Below are positions 25,708 through 35,014 of a DNA stretch of 42,355 nucleotides, one piece after another. Origin of the DNA: a virus; the UHGV virus genome UHGV-0194685, one strand, 5' to 3'. Position 1 is the first letter of the stretch. Every line of letters starts with the position of its first letter. The notes under the pieces are model-generated. The model was not told where the DNA came from. It worked only from the letters and a program-made list of their open reading frames with translations, and made no database searches. The position numbers and the translations under genes were made by a program.

Positions 25708-25886
25708 CCCCAGAAGAAGCGGAAGAAATGTATATGGAACTGTGTAGAGAATTAACGAAACAGGGATGGTCTCTCTCTGATATTGAAAATAATTCTTTTG
25801 ACACGTTAATTGAAATTGCTTGTGTAAGTCCGAAAAAAGAAAAATCAAAAGAAGTCGACCTAAAAGATTTCGTCAAATCCATTTAG
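25396..25886 (+). CDS. tail assembly chaperone G-T fusion via a -1 frameshift at A_AAA_AAG (25698-25704)
   Basis: The -1 frame continues for 58 codons (VTPEEAEEMYMELCRELTKQGW...KDFVKSI*). It ends 15 nt before the tape measure start. This is the canonical siphovirus G/G-T arrangement. Confidence 0.6.
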
Positions 25887-25901
25887 GAAAGGAGGAAAAT
25901 T

Positions 25902-28900
25902 ATGGCAAACGGAAAACCAATTGGAAATATGAAGGTTATTTTGGATTTGGATAGTTCCGCCTTTTCTAAAGGACTAGAAGGTGCTAAAAAAAGCGTCGCT
26001 TATAACACAAAGGCTATGAAGGCCCAGATGCAAGTGATGAATTACTCAGGCGACAAAGTGGGTGCTTTGCAAGCCAAATATGACGGACTTAGCAAAACGC
26101 TTAGCTCTAACGAAAAGTACATGAGTAAGTTAAAGACTCAGTATGATAAAAGCTTCGACGCGAATGGTAAAGCAACGGCTTCCACTGCTAAATATGCAAA
26201 TGAATTGAATCAAGCGATTGCTAAGTCTGCTAGTTATGAAGCTCAGATGAAAACTACTACAGGGCAGATTGCCCGCATGAAGGTAGAAACAGAAGGCGTA
26301 ACTGGGAAACTTAAAGCACAATCTGATCAGTGGATTAAATCGGGTAAGAAAATTGAATCTTTCGGTAAAAAAATGTCTAGCATAGGAAGCACATTGACCA
26401 TGTCTGTTACAGCGCCGATCGCTGCTGGGTTTGGATTGGCTACTAAGAAGGCTGTTGATTTTCAAACTCAAATTGGTGAAATTGGTCCATTGTTGACCAA
26501 CGGTGGGAAAATGACGACCGAATATCGCAATCAATTAGATCAGATGTCTGATAGCTCAAAAAAATGGGCGAAGGAATATGGTGTTTCTACTACTGAAATA
26601 AATACTGGTTTAGCAGAAATTGTTCGTAAAGGTTATGACGCGAATCAAACGCTTGGTGTAATGCCTTCTATTTTAGATGCTACTAAAGCATCCGGGGATG
26701 ACTTCAACGATGTAATGAATGTAACTACTGAGGTAATCAGTCAGTTTAATTTAAAAGGCAAAGATTACAATAGTACTGTTAAGAACGCAACACGTGTGAC
26801 GGATGCGTTGACTTATGTGGCTAATGCAACTTCTGCTGGTTTCTCAGATCTAGGTTTAGCAATGGGATATGTTGGTCCAGTAGCAAATAGTTTGGGTATG
26901 GATGTAGAAGAAACTGCTTCTGCTATCGGTTTGCTTAGCGATGCAGGTATTGGCGGAGAAAAAGCTGGGACTGCATTACGTGGAGCATTAACTCGTTTAT
27001 TGAAGCCATCAAAACAAAACATTGCCGGATTTGAAAAACTAGGTATTTCTGTAGATGAGTTTAAAAATGGTACGTTAACTCTTCCAGATATGTTGAATAA
27101 GATTAAGCAAAACACTGAAGGCTGGACGGATGCGCAACGTACATCTGCAATAGCTTTAGCGTTCGGTACCGAATCTCAATCAGCGATGAACGTATTAGTT
27201 GGGCAAGGCGGTGACGCGTTAAAAGGATTAACTAAAGAAACTTATAACGCTAACGGCGCCACTAAAGAAATTGCAAAATCAATGAATGATTTACCAGCTA
27301 ATAAGGTAGCCCGATTTAAAGAATCGTTAAATGTTTTAGCCATTACCGCTGGAGAGAAATTGCTTCCAGTGTTTACACCTATACTTGAGAAAGCAACTCA
27401 GTTGATCAACAAATTCTCTGAGTTGGATGATGAAACTCAACAGAACATTCTCAAATGGGGGCTTATGGCGGCCGCTGCCGGTCCAACATTAAAACTATTT
27501 GGCACCGGGGCTACAGTAATAGGTAAGACTCAAACTGCTGTCGGCAAATTGACTGGTGGGATTGTAGACTTAGCCGCTAAAGCAGCTGAGAAGAAAGCAA
27601 TTGCAGGATTTAGTACGACTGTTGCATCAGTAGGTACTGCTTCTGCTACTGCTGCTGGGGCAAGTGGTGTGGCTGGGTTAGGAGCGTCTATCGCTGGCTT
27701 GGCAGGGCCTATTGGAATTGGATTAGTAGCATTAGGAGCGGTGGCCGGTGCTGTTGTTGTAGGTAAAAAAGCCTACGATGATTATCAATTATCTGGTGGC
27801 AAGTGGGGAACAGAGGTTACTGGAACCCAAGACAAAGTAATAACAAAATCGAACGAGTTAAAAGAAAAAGGCGTTCAGTATATGAACGAGTACCAAGACG
27901 GTGTCAATACCAATGCTGAAAAAATCAAAAAGGCAAATAAAGGTATTCAAGACGCGATTGAAGGAACGCTGGAAAAAGAAGAACAACGTCGTGAAAAGAT
28001 TACTAAATTAAGCTTTTTGGATGAAGAAACAAAAGCTTGGTATGAGCAAGTTATTGCTGCACAGAAAAAAGTTGATGAGAAAACAGCCGAAACGGTTAAA
28101 ACGCAAATTGATAAGATTAACGGAATATACAAAAATGCTTCTGATAATAATCGACAATTATCTGATCAAGAAATGCAGTATATTAGATCGTCATACGCTA
28201 ACTTATCTGATGATCAATTAAAAGCAGCTGGTTTTACTAAGTCACAGCGCTTGGCAATCGAAACAGCTTATCAGGATGATTTGTCGAAGTTGAGTGAAAA
28301 AGAAGTAAGTACACGAATTAAAACGTTAGAAAAATCCTTGGATAAGGAAAAGACCTCTTATGATAAGCAACGTAAAGAGATTGAAAGTAACGAAACTCTT
28401 AGCTCATCTGTCAGAAAAAGATTATTAAACGATTTAAAAGAAAATTATAAGAAAAGCACTAGTGAAATGATTACGGCTCTTGGTAATCTTACTGAAAAAT
28501 CAGGATCTTCATTAGATTCGGTTTGGTTCAAATGGGAAAAGTACGGATACAACGTTGAAGAAGTGACTGCATTAGTGTCTAGCAGTGTCAAAGATACCAC
28601 TAAAGACCTAAGCTTATTCGCTAAAGGAACCTCAGAAGCAGACATGCAATGGAATGCTTTAAGTCTTGATCCCAAAACTGGGGAAGTTAAAACGAATATG
28701 ACCGATGTTTTAACTGAAATCGCTCAGACTGATGATGGCTGGAATCAGCTTAAATTTATGGTTAAGGAAGCTAAACTAACTTCTAACGCCAAAGAAGAAG
28801 TCGCAATTGCTATGGGGGAAGCCGGTAAATGGGATCAGTTGTGGTTGACCGAAAAAATGTTATTGGTCAATGGCGATGAAGCAAAGCTAGAGCTTTATGA

Positions 28901-31900
28901 AACTATCAATGCTATGGGTGCGTGGAACCAGTATGTGCTGGACAGAAAAGCACTAGGAATTGATAATGCCGATGCTGTTTATAAATTATTTACAACACAA
29001 GAACAAATAAAACAGTGGAATACGTTGCCTGTAGATCAGAAAAAACTGTTAGCAGACAACACAGATTTAACTACTAAAATATTTGCTTCTACGGAATCAT
29101 ACACAGCTTGGACTCAAATGCCCGATAACATTAAACATATGCTTGCTGATGATGTTGATTTGAAAACAAAGCTTTATGCCAGTAAAGAAGGTATTGAGCA
29201 ATACAATCAGGTGTTACCGTTACTCAAAAAAATGTACGGTGATAATTATGACGTAACGACAAAAACAGCAAAAGCTAAAAATGAAATTGATGATTATAAC
29301 AAAAATCATCATCCAGAACAAAAAGTGTTAACTGGTAACAATTCTGATGTATTGAACAAGGAACAAGCCGCTAGAGAAAAATTAAATCAGTATAATGGCG
29401 TTCAAGTTCCTGAAAAGACGATGACTGCTAAAGATGACGTTACACCAAACGTTAAAAAAGTTGTTAAGTCTTATCAAGAAGTTTCGGTATTACAGGATAA
29501 AACTATTAGTTTCAAGCTTACTGCATTCTTTGATGATACTTGGGACAAAGTTAAGAAAGCGTTCAATCAAAAAGGAAATAGTATTACTGGTAATTACGCC
29601 AATGGTACAAACTACCATCAAGGCGGATTAGCCCTAGTAAACGATCAATTAGGAGCGAGGTACAAAGAGCTTGTCAAACTTCCGAATGGTCACGCGTTTA
29701 TTCCACAAGAACGAAATACATTGCTTGATTTACCACGTGGTTCAGCAGTTTTAAAAGCTTCTCAAACAGCAAAATTATTTCCTCGTTACGCTGAAGGAAT
29801 TGGAGCGGTAGAAGTAGGAAACCCGCAAATCACTGAATTGATTCGAGTAATCAATGAGCTGATTTTAACGTTTAAAACTATGCAACCACAAACCGCTGAT
29901 TCCGATACAGTGGGAACGATGACTGAAAAATCGGTTGTACCTGGTGTGCAAGGATCCGCAAGTGTATCTGCAATGACGCCAGACCAATTGATTGCACAAG
30001 GCGAACAGTACATTACAATTGGCTCAATGTGGATGACTAATCTCATGAACGGCTGGAATTCAATTGTCCCGCAGTACATGGCAAGCGAAACACTATTTAT
30101 TTCGGACTATCTAACGCAATTGAGTAACCAAAACAATCCGAATTATTTGCAGGGTGTCACTTGGAATAGAAACTTAATGAATGGTTGGAACAGTTTAACA
30201 GGAACATTCATTAATCTAATCAAGACGTTCTGCAACCAAGCAATGACAACTCTTCGTAGTTACAATGCGCCTATGTACAACAATGGTCGTGCATGGCAAC
30301 AGAACAATTTAAATGGTTGGAATTCGTTATATGGTTCATTTATTGCAAGAGTGAATCAATTGGGTAACGATTCTATCAATAACTTACGTTCTAAAAATGG
30401 TGGTTTCTATAACGCTGGGCGCTTCTTGATGCAATCGCTAATTAACGGCCTAAATTCAATGGGTGGCTCTCTCTCGGCAACCATGAACGGTGTCGCAAAC
30501 AAAATGGTCGGCGGGATTGGTAAAGGTGTTAATGGTGTTATCGGTGGCGTGAATTATGTGCTGAAAGAAGTCGAATCTGACAAGAAACTTGGCAACTGGA
30601 CTGTTCCACAATACGCAAAAGGGACAGACGGCCACCCCGGTGGTTTAGCACTAATCAATGACCAAAATGGCCCTGTACACGAAGAATACGTACAAATGCC
30701 AGACGGTCGTGGGTTTATTGCTAAAGGGAAGGATCTGTTGGTTAACCTTCCTAAAGGGGCGCAAGTACTGAATGCAAGTCTTACTAAGAAATTAAAGAAA
30801 GGTTTCGATATTCCGCATTATGCCAATGGAACGGATGACTTTGATATCTTTGATTTGATTGATGATGAGGGAGCGTTTAGGAAAGTTGTAGACCAAAGAA
30901 TTGACTACAATAGTATCGCGGAACCTTGGAAGGGAATGACAAAAGATGGCGTTAAGTTAATGACGGGGGCGGCCTATCCTTTTGCACAAAAGCAAGTCGA
31001 AGATTCTTTTGGTGGTGGCAGTTTTGATGGAGCTATGAATGCCAATAATGTATACCAATACTTAGTGGATATTGCACAAAAAGTTATGTCAAAATTTGGA
31101 GGACTAACTATCACTTCTGGTTACAGACCGGGAGATCCTTATTGGCATGGTAAGCATCAAGCGTTAGATATCTCGGGTTATCCTTACGGAAGCCCTAGAT
31201 ACACGGAAGCAGCAAATTGGGTCTTCGAGAAATTCCCTAAACAGATTGCTTATGTGATTACGAATGGTAGGGTACGTGACCGTGTGGGAATGTCAGGCCA
31301 AGCTGCAACAGGACAATGGGTCCCTTGGCCAGATGGCGATCATTATGATCATATTCATTTGAACGGTTCTTTGGGATCAGGAAACATATATAAAGCTGGA
31401 ACGGATGTGGCAGGAGGACTTCCTACACCAAGTGGGGCTTCTGTTGAACGCTGGCGTCCTTCTATTAAGAAAGCACTGAAAATGAATGGACTGCCTACTT
31501 CTCAAGCATATGTGAATGCCTGGATGTCTCAGATTCAGACCGAATCAGGAGGTAATCCTTCAGCAATTGGAGGTAATGATGGTCTGGCTGACGGAAACGC
31601 AACTGGATTATTACAGACTAAACCAGGAACTTTTGCTGCAAATGCTTTTCCAGGACACGGTAATATCATGAACGGTTTTGATAATATGTTGGCAGCAATC
31701 CGTTATGCTAAAAATCGATACGGAGCGAATATGCTAGGAGTGATCGGCCGAGGACATGGTTACGAAAATGGCGGCTTGATCAATAAAGATGGTCTTTACA
31801 GAGCTGGTGAAGGTAACAAGCCAGAGATGGTTATTCCTTTGACTCGAAAAACAAGAGCTATTGAACTGATGGGTCAGGCTTTGGCTTTCTTATCGGGGGA

Positions 31901-32123
31901 TAATAAAAACACTTCGAAACAGTCTGCAAGAGTTGATAATACAGCAGAATTAGTAGCACTGATTAAGCAACAACAAAAACAACACAGTGATTTGATGAGG
32001 ATTTTGAGAGCGATATTGAATAAAGAAAGTGGAATAACTAAGGAATCAATTGGGAGAGCTGCAAACGATTTGATGGGTAACGATCTAAATAAATTAGGTT
32101 ACACGATAGGAGATGGCTTCTAA
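25902..32123 (+). CDS. tape measure protein with C-terminal LAS-type zinc peptidase and lytic transglycosylase domains
   Basis: 2073 aa with coiled-coil and TM stretches. Peptidase motifs are GYRPGDPYWHGKHQALDIS and DHYDHIHL. An SLT-like motif is QIQTESGGNPSAIGGND...GLLQTKPGTF. Confidence 0.9.
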   Translation: MANGKPIGNMKVILDLDSSAFSKGLEGAKKSVAYNTKAMKAQMQVMNYSGDKVGALQAKYDGLSKTLSSNEKYMSKLKTQYDKSFDANGKATASTAKYANELNQAIAKSASYEAQMKTTTGQIARMKVETEGVTGKLKAQSDQWIKSGKKIESFGKKMSSIGSTLTMSVTAPIAAGFGLATKKAVDFQTQIGEIGPLLTNGGKMTTEYRNQLDQMSDSSKKWAKEYGVSTTEINTGLAEIVRKGYDANQTLGVMPSILDATKASGDDFNDVMNVTTEVISQFNLKGKDYNSTVKNATRVTDALTYVANATSAGFSDLGLAMGYVGPVANSLGMDVEETASAIGLLSDAGIGGEKAGTALRGALTRLLKPSKQNIAGFEKLGISVDEFKNGTLTLPDMLNKIKQNTEGWTDAQRTSAIALAFGTESQSAMNVLVGQGGDALKGLTKETYNANGATKEIAKSMNDLPANKVARFKESLNVLAITAGEKLLPVFTPILEKATQLINKFSELDDETQQNILKWGLMAAAAGPTLKLFGTGATVIGKTQTAVGKLTGGIVDLAAKAAEKKAIAGFSTTVASVGTASATAAGASGVAGLGASIAGLAGPIGIGLVALGAVAGAVVVGKKAYDDYQLSGGKWGTEVTGTQDKVITKSNELKEKGVQYMNEYQDGVNTNAEKIKKANKGIQDAIEGTLEKEEQRREKITKLSFLDEETKAWYEQVIAAQKKVDEKTAETVKTQIDKINGIYKNASDNNRQLSDQEMQYIRSSYANLSDDQLKAAGFTKSQRLAIETAYQDDLSKLSEKEVSTRIKTLEKSLDKEKTSYDKQRKEIESNETLSSSVRKRLLNDLKENYKKSTSEMITALGNLTEKSGSSLDSVWFKWEKYGYNVEEVTALVSSSVKDTTKDLSLFAKGTSEADMQWNALSLDPKTGEVKTNMTDVLTEIAQTDDGWNQLKFMVKEAKLTSNAKEEVAIAMGEAGKWDQLWLTEKMLLVNGDEAKLELYETINAMGAWNQYVLDRKALGIDNADAVYKLFTTQEQIKQWNTLPVDQKKLLADNTDLTTKIFASTESYTAWTQMPDNIKHMLADDVDLKTKLYASKEGIEQYNQVLPLLKKMYGDNYDVTTKTAKAKNEIDDYNKNHHPEQKVLTGNNSDVLNKEQAAREKLNQYNGVQVPEKTMTAKDDVTPNVKKVVKSYQEVSVLQDKTISFKLTAFFDDTWDKVKKAFNQKGNSITGNYANGTNYHQGGLALVNDQLGARYKELVKLPNGHAFIPQERNTLLDLPRGSAVLKASQTAKLFPRYAEGIGAVEVGNPQITELIRVINELILTFKTMQPQTADSDTVGTMTEKSVVPGVQGSASVSAMTPDQLIAQGEQYITIGSMWMTNLMNGWNSIVPQYMASETLFISDYLTQLSNQNNPNYLQGVTWNRNLMNGWNSLTGTFINLIKTFCNQAMTTLRSYNAPMYNNGRAWQQNNLNGWNSLYGSFIARVNQLGNDSINNLRSKNGGFYNAGRFLMQSLINGLNSMGGSLSATMNGVANKMVGGIGKGVNGVIGGVNYVLKEVESDKKLGNWTVPQYAKGTDGHPGGLALINDQNGPVHEEYVQMPDGRGFIAKGKDLLVNLPKGAQVLNASLTKKLKKGFDIPHYANGTDDFDIFDLIDDEGAFRKVVDQRIDYNSIAEPWKGMTKDGVKLMTGAAYPFAQKQVEDSFGGGSFDGAMNANNVYQYLVDIAQKVMSKFGGLTITSGYRPGDPYWHGKHQALDISGYPYGSPRYTEAANWVFEKFPKQIAYVITNGRVRDRVGMSGQAATGQWVPWPDGDHYDHIHLNGSLGSGNIYKAGTDVAGGLPTPSGASVERWRPSIKKALKMNGLPTSQAYVNAWMSQIQTESGGNPSAIGGNDGLADGNATGLLQTKPGTFAANAFPGHGNIMNGFDNMLAAIRYAKNRYGANMLGVIGRGHGYENGGLINKDGLYRAGEGNKPEMVIPLTRKTRAIELMGQALAFLSGDNKNTSKQSARVDNTAELVALIKQQQKQHSDLMRILRAILNKESGITKESIGRAANDLMGNDLNKLGYTIGDGF
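30040..30480 (+). repeat. intragenic tandem repeats in the tape measure (four ~37-aa units with N-L/F-M/L-N-G-W-N-S)
   Basis: Seen in the translation as TNLMNGWNSIV..., RNLMNGWNSLT..., QNNLNGWNSLY... and QSLINGLNSMG.... Confidence 0.5.
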
Positions 32124-32945
32124 TTGTTTTATAAATTATTGTTTAACCAGAATGGAAAAATATTTGACCCACAAGTTAAAGATAAAATAGTATGCAAGGA
32201 GATTAAAAGACAAGCTCCTATATACGAGGTTAAATATGAAGAATTTGAAGGGACGAATGGAAGCAGAGAATCATATGCATCTTTTCGTCCTTTCGAGTTA
32301 GTTCTTACTTTTGACATATTCTATAAAAATGAATATGACAAAGAACTGATTGTATCAGAACTGCATCAAATTTTTATTCCTGGTTTTCAGTATTATGTGA
32401 CACATGAACTGAGTCCAGGAAAAAGATTTAGAGTGAATCCAGTTAATTTTGAACTTACTGAAGAAGAAAACGACTACTCGACTATAGAAATCACCTTCGA
32501 TGTTCCTAGTGCTTGTTCTGAATCTCTCTCAACCACACTGTCAGAATTTAACTTATCGAATGAGTGGCAGTTCTCACAAAATCTTGAAGCTGCGGATTAC
32601 AAGTACAGTTTTGATGTAAGCCGTTTCCAAGTATTTAATGCTGGAGACTTTGCGATTGATCCAAGAGAAAACGAACTGAACATCACGCTTCAAGGTGAGT
32701 CGTTAGGCAACGCAACAATTTTCAATCGAACTACGGGTGATCGATTTATTTACTATCCTGAATTTTCAACAAATCTTGGACAGACAGTTACAATTGATCG
32801 TGTCTATCCTAAGCTAAACGGTGTGAATCGTGGAATAGATACGAATTTAGGACTGATTACTTTAGCTCCTGGCATTAATGAAATAGAAATACAAAATGTG
32901 GCTAATGTGAAATCTCTTTGGGATTTCCGTTATCTGTATAAGTAG
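32124..32945 (+). CDS. distal tail protein (Dit-like)
   Basis: 273 aa directly after the tape measure. The start is a TTG. Confidence 0.65.
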   Translation: MFYKLLFNQNGKIFDPQVKDKIVCKEIKRQAPIYEVKYEEFEGTNGSRESYASFRPFELVLTFDIFYKNEYDKELIVSELHQIFIPGFQYYVTHELSPGKRFRVNPVNFELTEEENDYSTIEITFDVPSACSESLSTTLSEFNLSNEWQFSQNLEAADYKYSFDVSRFQVFNAGDFAIDPRENELNITLQGESLGNATIFNRTTGDRFIYYPEFSTNLGQTVTIDRVYPKLNGVNRGIDTNLGLITLAPGINEIEIQNVANVKSLWDFRYLYK

Positions 32946-33971
32946 GTGATTCGAATAGATATCATCATTCAAAATTACGAAAAAACAAAACGGGAGATCC
33001 TTGTCGAATATGATAAGGACTCTTTTTTTGAAAATTGGCAAGAAAACGAAACGTGGGAAGTCAGTTTCAATGTAACTAAAACAGATTTAAATAGTACAGC
33101 GTTTGATTTAGTTGATTACGAAAGCTCGGTAATTTTCAACGGTCAAGAATTCATTATCAAACAAATGACCACGTCTGCAGAAGGTAAAGCAGTGAGTAAA
33201 AGTGTTACGGCTACACATGTTTATTACACGATTCAGGATGGAAGGCAATACGATACATTAACAGGGAAACGCTCTATCATCCAGTTACTCACTCATATCT
33301 TTAGCGCAGGCCATCGGGGGTTCAGCTGGGAAGTTGTTGACCCAAATAAAAAGTTTCTGACTGTTGAACAGGAAAACTTTGGTAATGCGAATTACTTAAA
33401 ACTAATTGAAGAAATACTCGGGGATTATGATGCGGTGGTCATCCCTGACAACAAACACTTAACTTTTTATCCACGATCAGACTTTGGAGGCAAGACTCAA
33501 GAACAGATTCGATACAAGTACAATACGGATTCAGTAAAATTTGACATCGATACGTATTCAATGAAGACCCAGATCAAAGGTTTCGGAAAGAAAAAAGAAG
33601 ATGATACGTATTATTTTTCTCCGATCACTTACACTTCTCCTGAATCGGAAAAATGGGGAATACGAATACAAGATCCGGTAGAAGATGAGCGATACACGGT
33701 TGTTGGTAACATGATGGAACGACTAAAAAAAGATTTACAAGATTATCCTTCAATCAGTGGTTCAGTAACCTTAAAATGGCGGATCACTCCACAAAAAAGT
33801 GACTATGTACCTTTTATTTACGAACCCTTAAATATAAAAACGTACATTCAAATTGTGGGAATTAAGACGTACCCTGCATTGCCTAATAAGCCGCCTGAAA
33901 TCACGTTATCAAATACGAAGAAAACAATGACATCAATACTAGCGAACTTAGCTAGGAAAGGAGTGATTTAG
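32946..33971 (+). CDS. tail protein (Tal / tail-endopeptidase-like position)
   Basis: 341 aa after Dit. The start is a GTG. Confidence 0.5.
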   Translation: MIRIDIIIQNYEKTKREILVEYDKDSFFENWQENETWEVSFNVTKTDLNSTAFDLVDYESSVIFNGQEFIIKQMTTSAEGKAVSKSVTATHVYYTIQDGRQYDTLTGKRSIIQLLTHIFSAGHRGFSWEVVDPNKKFLTVEQENFGNANYLKLIEEILGDYDAVVIPDNKHLTFYPRSDFGGKTQEQIRYKYNTDSVKFDIDTYSMKTQIKGFGKKKEDDTYYFSPITYTSPESEKWGIRIQDPVEDERYTVVGNMMERLKKDLQDYPSISGSVTLKWRITPQKSDYVPFIYEPLNIKTYIQIVGIKTYPALPNKPPEITLSNTKKTMTSILANLARKGVI

Positions 33972-35014
33972 TGGAACTACTAAAACTCATTAAAAATCGG
34001 ATTTCAACAGAATGGAAAAAAACGTTCAACGATAATGTGGATATTTTGAACGGAATCACTCGTGATCAAGATCAGAAAATCGATGTTACGAATAAGCGCA
34101 TTGATAATGTTGTCTTGCATAGTGGTGGAGATTCACCGAACGAAATTGTGGATGCGCGTGTGAATAATAAAGGTGAAACATTCGATACTTTGGAATCGAG
34201 ATTGCTCACTTCAGAGGATAAACACGATGAAGATGTTGAATTAGCGAACCGTCAAATTTTGGAAAATAAAGCGCAACTTGCTCAATTAAACGAAGTTGTA
34301 AGAATGCTCTATAATACAGCGGGTTCAAATATCGCTATTTATGTTTCAAAAGAAAGAGGAAGCGATGTTGCTGGTGACGGAACACAAGAGAAACCGTTTC
34401 AAACGATTCAAACTGCCGTTAATCAAATACCTCTGATTAATCGCTCGAATACAACTATTTTTATTGAAGATGGAACCTATTTAGAGGACGTACGCATTTC
34501 TAACTGTTCAGCTGCATCAATTTATATTCGATCTATTCAAAATGTTGACAGTTTAGATATTAAAACAAATATCATGCCGGTTAAGGTCAGATCGATTGGA
34601 TTCCTATATTGCCAAGGATACTTTAATTTATATGGTTTAGAATTTGTCGATCAATCGAATGCTATCAGCGTAGCTAACGTGAAACTGGCTGCTTTTTGCG
34701 AGCAAGGGGGTTACTTGTCACTTAGCAAATGTGGATTTAGAGAAAATACAAAATCTTTTGAACATAATGCTCTTTATGTTGGCGGTAACGGTCAAATGTC
34801 TGTATACGACTCTATGTTTGTGAATCAAAACGTTATCGCGAAAGCCAACTTGATGGCTGACCTAAATTTCCAAAGTCCAAACGGATCGGGCAATTCGATC
34901 GGTGTAATTTCTGCTACAGCTACTGTCAGAACCTCAAGTCTTGCGTCAATAGCGACTACGCCTACAAAAACTGAGGGTAATGGATTAATTATTACTAAAG
35001 GGACGGTGTTGTAA
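33971..35014 (+). CDS. tail protein with a pectate-lyase-like right-handed beta-helix signature (putative polysaccharide depolymerase)
   Basis: GSDVAGDGTQEKPFQTIQTAVNQIP...NTTIFIEDGTYLEDVRI resembles the N-terminal motif of pectin-lyase-fold proteins. The start is a GTG with an AAAGGAG RBS. Confidence 0.5.
   Translation: MELLKLIKNRISTEWKKTFNDNVDILNGITRDQDQKIDVTNKRIDNVVLHSGGDSPNEIVDARVNNKGETFDTLESRLLTSEDKHDEDVELANRQILENKAQLAQLNEVVRMLYNTAGSNIAIYVSKERGSDVAGDGTQEKPFQTIQTAVNQIPLINRSNTTIFIEDGTYLEDVRISNCSAASIYIRSIQNVDSLDIKTNIMPVKVRSIGFLYCQGYFNLYGLEFVDQSNAISVANVKLAAFCEQGGYLSLSKCGFRENTKSFEHNALYVGGNGQMSVYDSMFVNQNVIAKANLMADLNFQSPNGSGNSIGVISATATVRTSSLASIATTPTKTEGNGLIITKGTVL

Noticed and set aside
26130-30079. 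Several minus-strand ORFs (26130-26534, 26813-27115, 27947-28132, 28445-28675, 29786-30079) and small plus ORFs inside the tape measure gene
   Set aside because: They are antisense or out of frame within a 6.2-kb continuous tape measure ORF, and low-complexity. These are typical spurious ORFs.
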